Virus record (IMG/VR): IMGVR_UViG_3300005332_000004
Span: 1 to 35,846 of that record
Strand: one strand, 5' to 3'
Length of the DNA stretch: 35,846 bases
Origin: a virus
Lineage: Duplodnaviria > Caudoviricetes
Positions 32,977-35,846 of this stretch are shown here, one piece after another; the first letter of the stretch is position 1, and each line of letters starts with the position of its first letter. The position numbers and the translations under genes are program-made. The notes beneath the pieces were generated by a model. That model did no database searches. It was not told the DNA's origin and saw only the letters and a list, made by a program, of their open reading frames with translations.

Positions 32977-35217
32977 TCATCCTCTGACCGTGACTTGATT
33001 GGTCGTCGGGTTTTCGAGATCAAACGTGGCGGTTTGCGCGTTGCCGACGAATGCCACCACCGTGGCGTAATGTCCGCCCTCGGCGAGCCGTCGCACCACG
33101 CCGAGCGATAGCGACTTGTAGGATTGCGAGATGGTCTCCGCCTGGAGCGTGGCCCGCGGAATCTCCGAGGTCGCGCCGTCAAAGCTGATGCCGACGACGA
33201 TGCGCGCGTTGGCCAAGGCTGATGGATACGCAGCGCCGCCGATCATGACAATCACCACCTCATCGGCCCATGTGGCAAACGAAAGGCGTAGCTCGGTGTG
33301 TATCTCGATCTCTGTTGTCGAGCTAACGGTGCGCACGGCGGTGATGGCCGCGCGCCGAAGTTTACCGCCTCGGTTGAACCACGACAGCGTGCCCGCGTCA
33401 TAGAATTGCCCATTGGCGTCCGTGTGTACCATGCCAACGAGCGACAATCCGTTATTGTTGGCAATGATCTCGGTGCCGATATTGCCTGAAGTGTTCGATG
33501 GAGCATGACCGTTGGCGAGGCCGCCAACCCACAATGAAAGGGCGGCCTGGATGCCGACAAGCCACGTCGTGTTGCTCCCGAGGCCAGTATTCGACAGCGC
33601 AATGCCCGCCGCCGGGATTGCCACCCACGCGCCGTTGATGCGCACGCGATCGCCGTTGTACGGAATGAATCGGATTTGCGTCGGGCTATCGTAGACGAGC
33701 CGCCCGCCTCCGCCGGCCGGTCCCTCCGGCCCCGTCGGTCCCGGATTCCCCTGCGGCCCCTGTTGGCCCGGCACGCCCTGCGGCCCTTGTTGGCCTTGGG
33801 GCCCCTGCTGGCCCTGCGGCCCTTCCGGCCCTTGCGGCCCGGTCGCGCCGGCTGGCCCTTCTGGTCCCTCCGCTCCCGGCAATCCCTGCGGCCCCTCTGG
33901 CCCTTGCGGACCCTGCTGGCCCGGATCACCCTGTGGCCCGGTCGGGCCCTGCTGGCCCGGCGGTCCTTGGATCGAGCCGCCGCTTACCCATTGCCCGTTG
34001 GCGTAAATCCACAGGCTGTCGTCGGCTTCGACAAGGTAGGCATCTCCGTTCGCTGCGGTGGCTGGCAGATCGCCCTCGGTGGGCACCGAGCCGCGGAATT
34101 GAATACCGGTGCCGGCGGCGCCTTGCGGCCCTTGCTGCCCTTCCGGCCCTTGCGGTCCCTCCGGTCCCGCAATGCCTTGCGGCCCTTCCGGCCCCACTTC
34201 ACCCTGCGGGCCGGCTGGCCCGATCGGTCCTTGCGCGCCGGTCGAGCCGGTCGGGCCCGGCACACCTTGCGGCCCTTGCGCGCCGGTCGCGCCGGTGGGC
34301 CCCGCCGGTCCTTGTGGTCCGGTGGTGCCGGGCGGACCTTGCTCGCCCTGCGGTCCTGGTGGGCCCGGTGGTCCGGGCTGTCCACCACCGCCACCGCCGC
34401 CGGCTTCGATCGCGGCAACCCGCGCGCCGAGATCGAGGAGCGACGTGGTGCCCGGCTGTCCGCTCGCGCCCCACGACTGCGAGCCATCCGGTCGCCCGGT
34501 CTCGCCCGCACGCGTTGTCGAGATGCTCGCACCGCCACCGGCGACATGATCAGTCGCGTGCTCGACGCCGTTGGTGAATGTGTCGCCGTCGCGATACGTG
34601 GTGCCCTTGCGGATATGCTTCGCCGCCTGGAATTGCGTGTTCTGATCAGCGCGAATGTCAAAGTTCTGCTTAGTGGTGAAGCCCTGCCCTTTCTCCGCAT
34701 TGCCCTGAAATGTGTCCTTGGTGTCCGACGTGATCGGCAAATCATCAGCCTGCGTGTGTATGCCCTCTTTGCTTTCGCTCTGTTGTTGATCGCCGCCGCC
34801 CTGGCCGCCACCACCGCCCTGGCCGCCGCCGTCGCCGCCTTGCCCATCCTGTTGCGGCTTTTTGTACACGCGCACGTATTTTTTCTTGTCGCCCGGTGAG
34901 TACAGGATCGATTCGCCTTCCTCGATTTTCGGATGGTGCTCGCGGTCGCCGAGCACGCCGAGCACCACACGGCGCGAGGTGTCGCCGCCGACATCCATGG
35001 TGAGGATTTCAACCTTTTCGCCCGGCTTCACGCGTCCGAGGAAACCGACAGGGTGAACGATATCGAGTCGATCGTTCTCGATCTTCTCGCCGGTCTTCAC
35101 CTTGGCCTGCATTATTTTTTTGTCGTAATAGGTTTTCAGCAACCACCCGCGGCGCGTCATGTTGCGCAGCTTGTGGTGCAAAAATTTCGAATGGTTCCAA
35201 AGATCGTAGCCCATCAA
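32977..35217 (-). CDS. Mu gp45-like baseplate spike fused to collagen repeats and a C-terminal head domain (746 aa)
   Basis: N-terminal HPVGF...P...GGD.S...D....P.IEEGE..LY matches gp45 and sits in its syntenic slot; 30 + 28 G-X-Y triplets. Confidence 0.85.
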   Translation of the reverse strand: MMGYDLWNHSKFLHHKLRNMTRRGWLLKTYYDKKIMQAKVKTGEKIENDRLDIVHPVGFLGRVKPGEKVEILTMDVGGDTSRRVVLGVLGDREHHPKIEEGESILYSPGDKKKYVRVYKKPQQDGQGGDGGGQGGGGGQGGGDQQQSESKEGIHTQADDLPITSDTKDTFQGNAEKGQGFTTKQNFDIRADQNTQFQAAKHIRKGTTYRDGDTFTNGVEHATDHVAGGGASISTTRAGETGRPDGSQSWGASGQPGTTSLLDLGARVAAIEAGGGGGGGQPGPPGPPGPQGEQGPPGTTGPQGPAGPTGATGAQGPQGVPGPTGSTGAQGPIGPAGPQGEVGPEGPQGIAGPEGPQGPEGQQGPQGAAGTGIQFRGSVPTEGDLPATAANGDAYLVEADDSLWIYANGQWVSGGSIQGPPGQQGPTGPQGDPGQQGPQGPEGPQGLPGAEGPEGPAGATGPQGPEGPQGQQGPQGQQGPQGVPGQQGPQGNPGPTGPEGPAGGGGRLVYDSPTQIRFIPYNGDRVRINGAWVAIPAAGIALSNTGLGSNTTWLVGIQAALSLWVGGLANGHAPSNTSGNIGTEIIANNNGLSLVGMVHTDANGQFYDAGTLSWFNRGGKLRRAAITAVRTVSSTTEIEIHTELRLSFATWADEVVIVMIGGAAYPSALANARIVVGISFDGATSEIPRATLQAETISQSYKSLSLGVVRRLAEGGHYATVVAFVGNAQTATFDLENPTTNQVTVRG
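33715..34383 (-). repeat. Two collagen (Gly-X-Y) blocks
   Basis: 34383-34114 (30 triplets) and 33966-33715 (28 triplets), separated by a roughly 48-aa globular module. Confidence 0.95.
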
Positions 35218-35846
35218 CCATCCCGCTCCTGTAACCGGCGCCGCCCTTCCTCCAGCAATCGGCGGCGTTGCTCATCCTCAGGCGTCACCCCCTCCTGCGG
35301 TGCCTCCGGTTTTGGCGTCTGCGGCTCGGTGGATGGCTCCTCCGGACGCGGGCGCTTGCTCGCGTCATTCATGCGCGTTTGTCCCTCGGCGTATTCTCCA
35401 GGGACGTTTTCGGCACCACCAAACGTACCCTCGCCAACGAGCACGAGCGTCGCGCTGCGTGAGTTCGGCGTGATCTCAAATTCGACTTCGGTGACCTCAA
35501 GCGTTTCGTTCACGGCGTCGACCGGAATGACGACGTGATATTTGTCACCGATGTCCCACAGGTTGCCACTCTCATTCGAATGCGTTGAACAACGCAGGGT
35601 GACGTTGAGGCCCTGGCCCTGGCGGCGATCAGCTTCGTATTGCTGGCGTTGCTGCATCGTGTCTTGATCATGGTCACCGTCGATCAATACGCGCAAGTGG
35701 CGCATGCCATCAAAGCCCATGAGTTGGCGCATGCCTTTGTCAAACAGACTCTCCGCTGGTTTGCCGTATTTTTCATCGGTGGGAACGGCATTGCCGGCCG
35801 CTGCGACCTCGCTGAAACGCGGAACGATATCTTGCTTTACCCACCA
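35214..35846 (-). CDS. Baseplate hub, Mu gp44-like (5' truncated by the window)
   Basis: Frame stays open to the window edge; YEADRR.G...G.LW..G...V.IP...V.F...A.L.L pattern; upstream of the gp45-like gene. Confidence 0.75.
   Translation of the reverse strand, partial: WWVKQDIVPRFSEVAAAGNAVPTDEKYGKPAESLFDKGMRQLMGFDGMRHLRVLIDGDHDQDTMQQRQQYEADRRQGQGLNVTLRCSTHSNESGNLWDIGDKYHVVIPVDAVNETLEVTEVEFEITPNSRSATLVLVGEGTFGGAENVPGEYAEGQTRMNDASKRPRPEEPSTEPQTPKPEAPQEGVTPEDEQRRRLLEEGRRRLQERDG

Noticed and set aside
29963-34899. Long + strand ORFs opposite the baseplate genes
   Set aside because: Arg/Ala-rich shadows of well-supported - strand structural genes.
30041-35846. Mu-like transposable phage or tailocin
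   Set aside because: Only the tail module is Mu-like; a tyrosine integrase, attP and primase/helicase indicate a site-specific, self-replicating temperate phage.

Overview
The window is part of a GC-rich temperate phage genome with a contractile, Mu-like tail. The host is probably an alphaproteobacterium (inferred from integrase architecture and the tRNA-like att core). No host genes are visible and attP looks intact, which suggests an unintegrated or excised form. From left to right: (1) 122-4470, a + strand island of very small ORFs driven by repeated promoter/operator modules (GTGACA-N3-TGTCAC plus TTTCTCATATGAGATA). (2) 4471-5630, a mostly non-coding stretch with an AT-rich, iteron-like TGACGC array and an IHF consensus (candidate origin). 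(3) 5633-9293, small accessory genes, including a second XRE regulator and a triple-operator divergent promoter. (4) 9259-14576, a - strand replication operon (D5/P4-type SF3 helicase, Toprim primase, DUF6166, VRR-NUC). (5) An XRE-S24 repressor that seems to lack both catalytic residues. (6) A + strand recombination operon (YqaJ exonuclease, an inserted HNH / SF2 helicase / unknown three-gene cassette, Bet-like annealase, two Xis-like HTH proteins). (7) A tyrosine integrase and attP matching the 3' half of tRNA-Val(CAC). (8) - strand lysis, two tail fibres and Cys-rich Mu-like baseplate genes, including a gp45-like spike fused to collagen repeats. All family calls come from motif recognition by eye; no searches were run.
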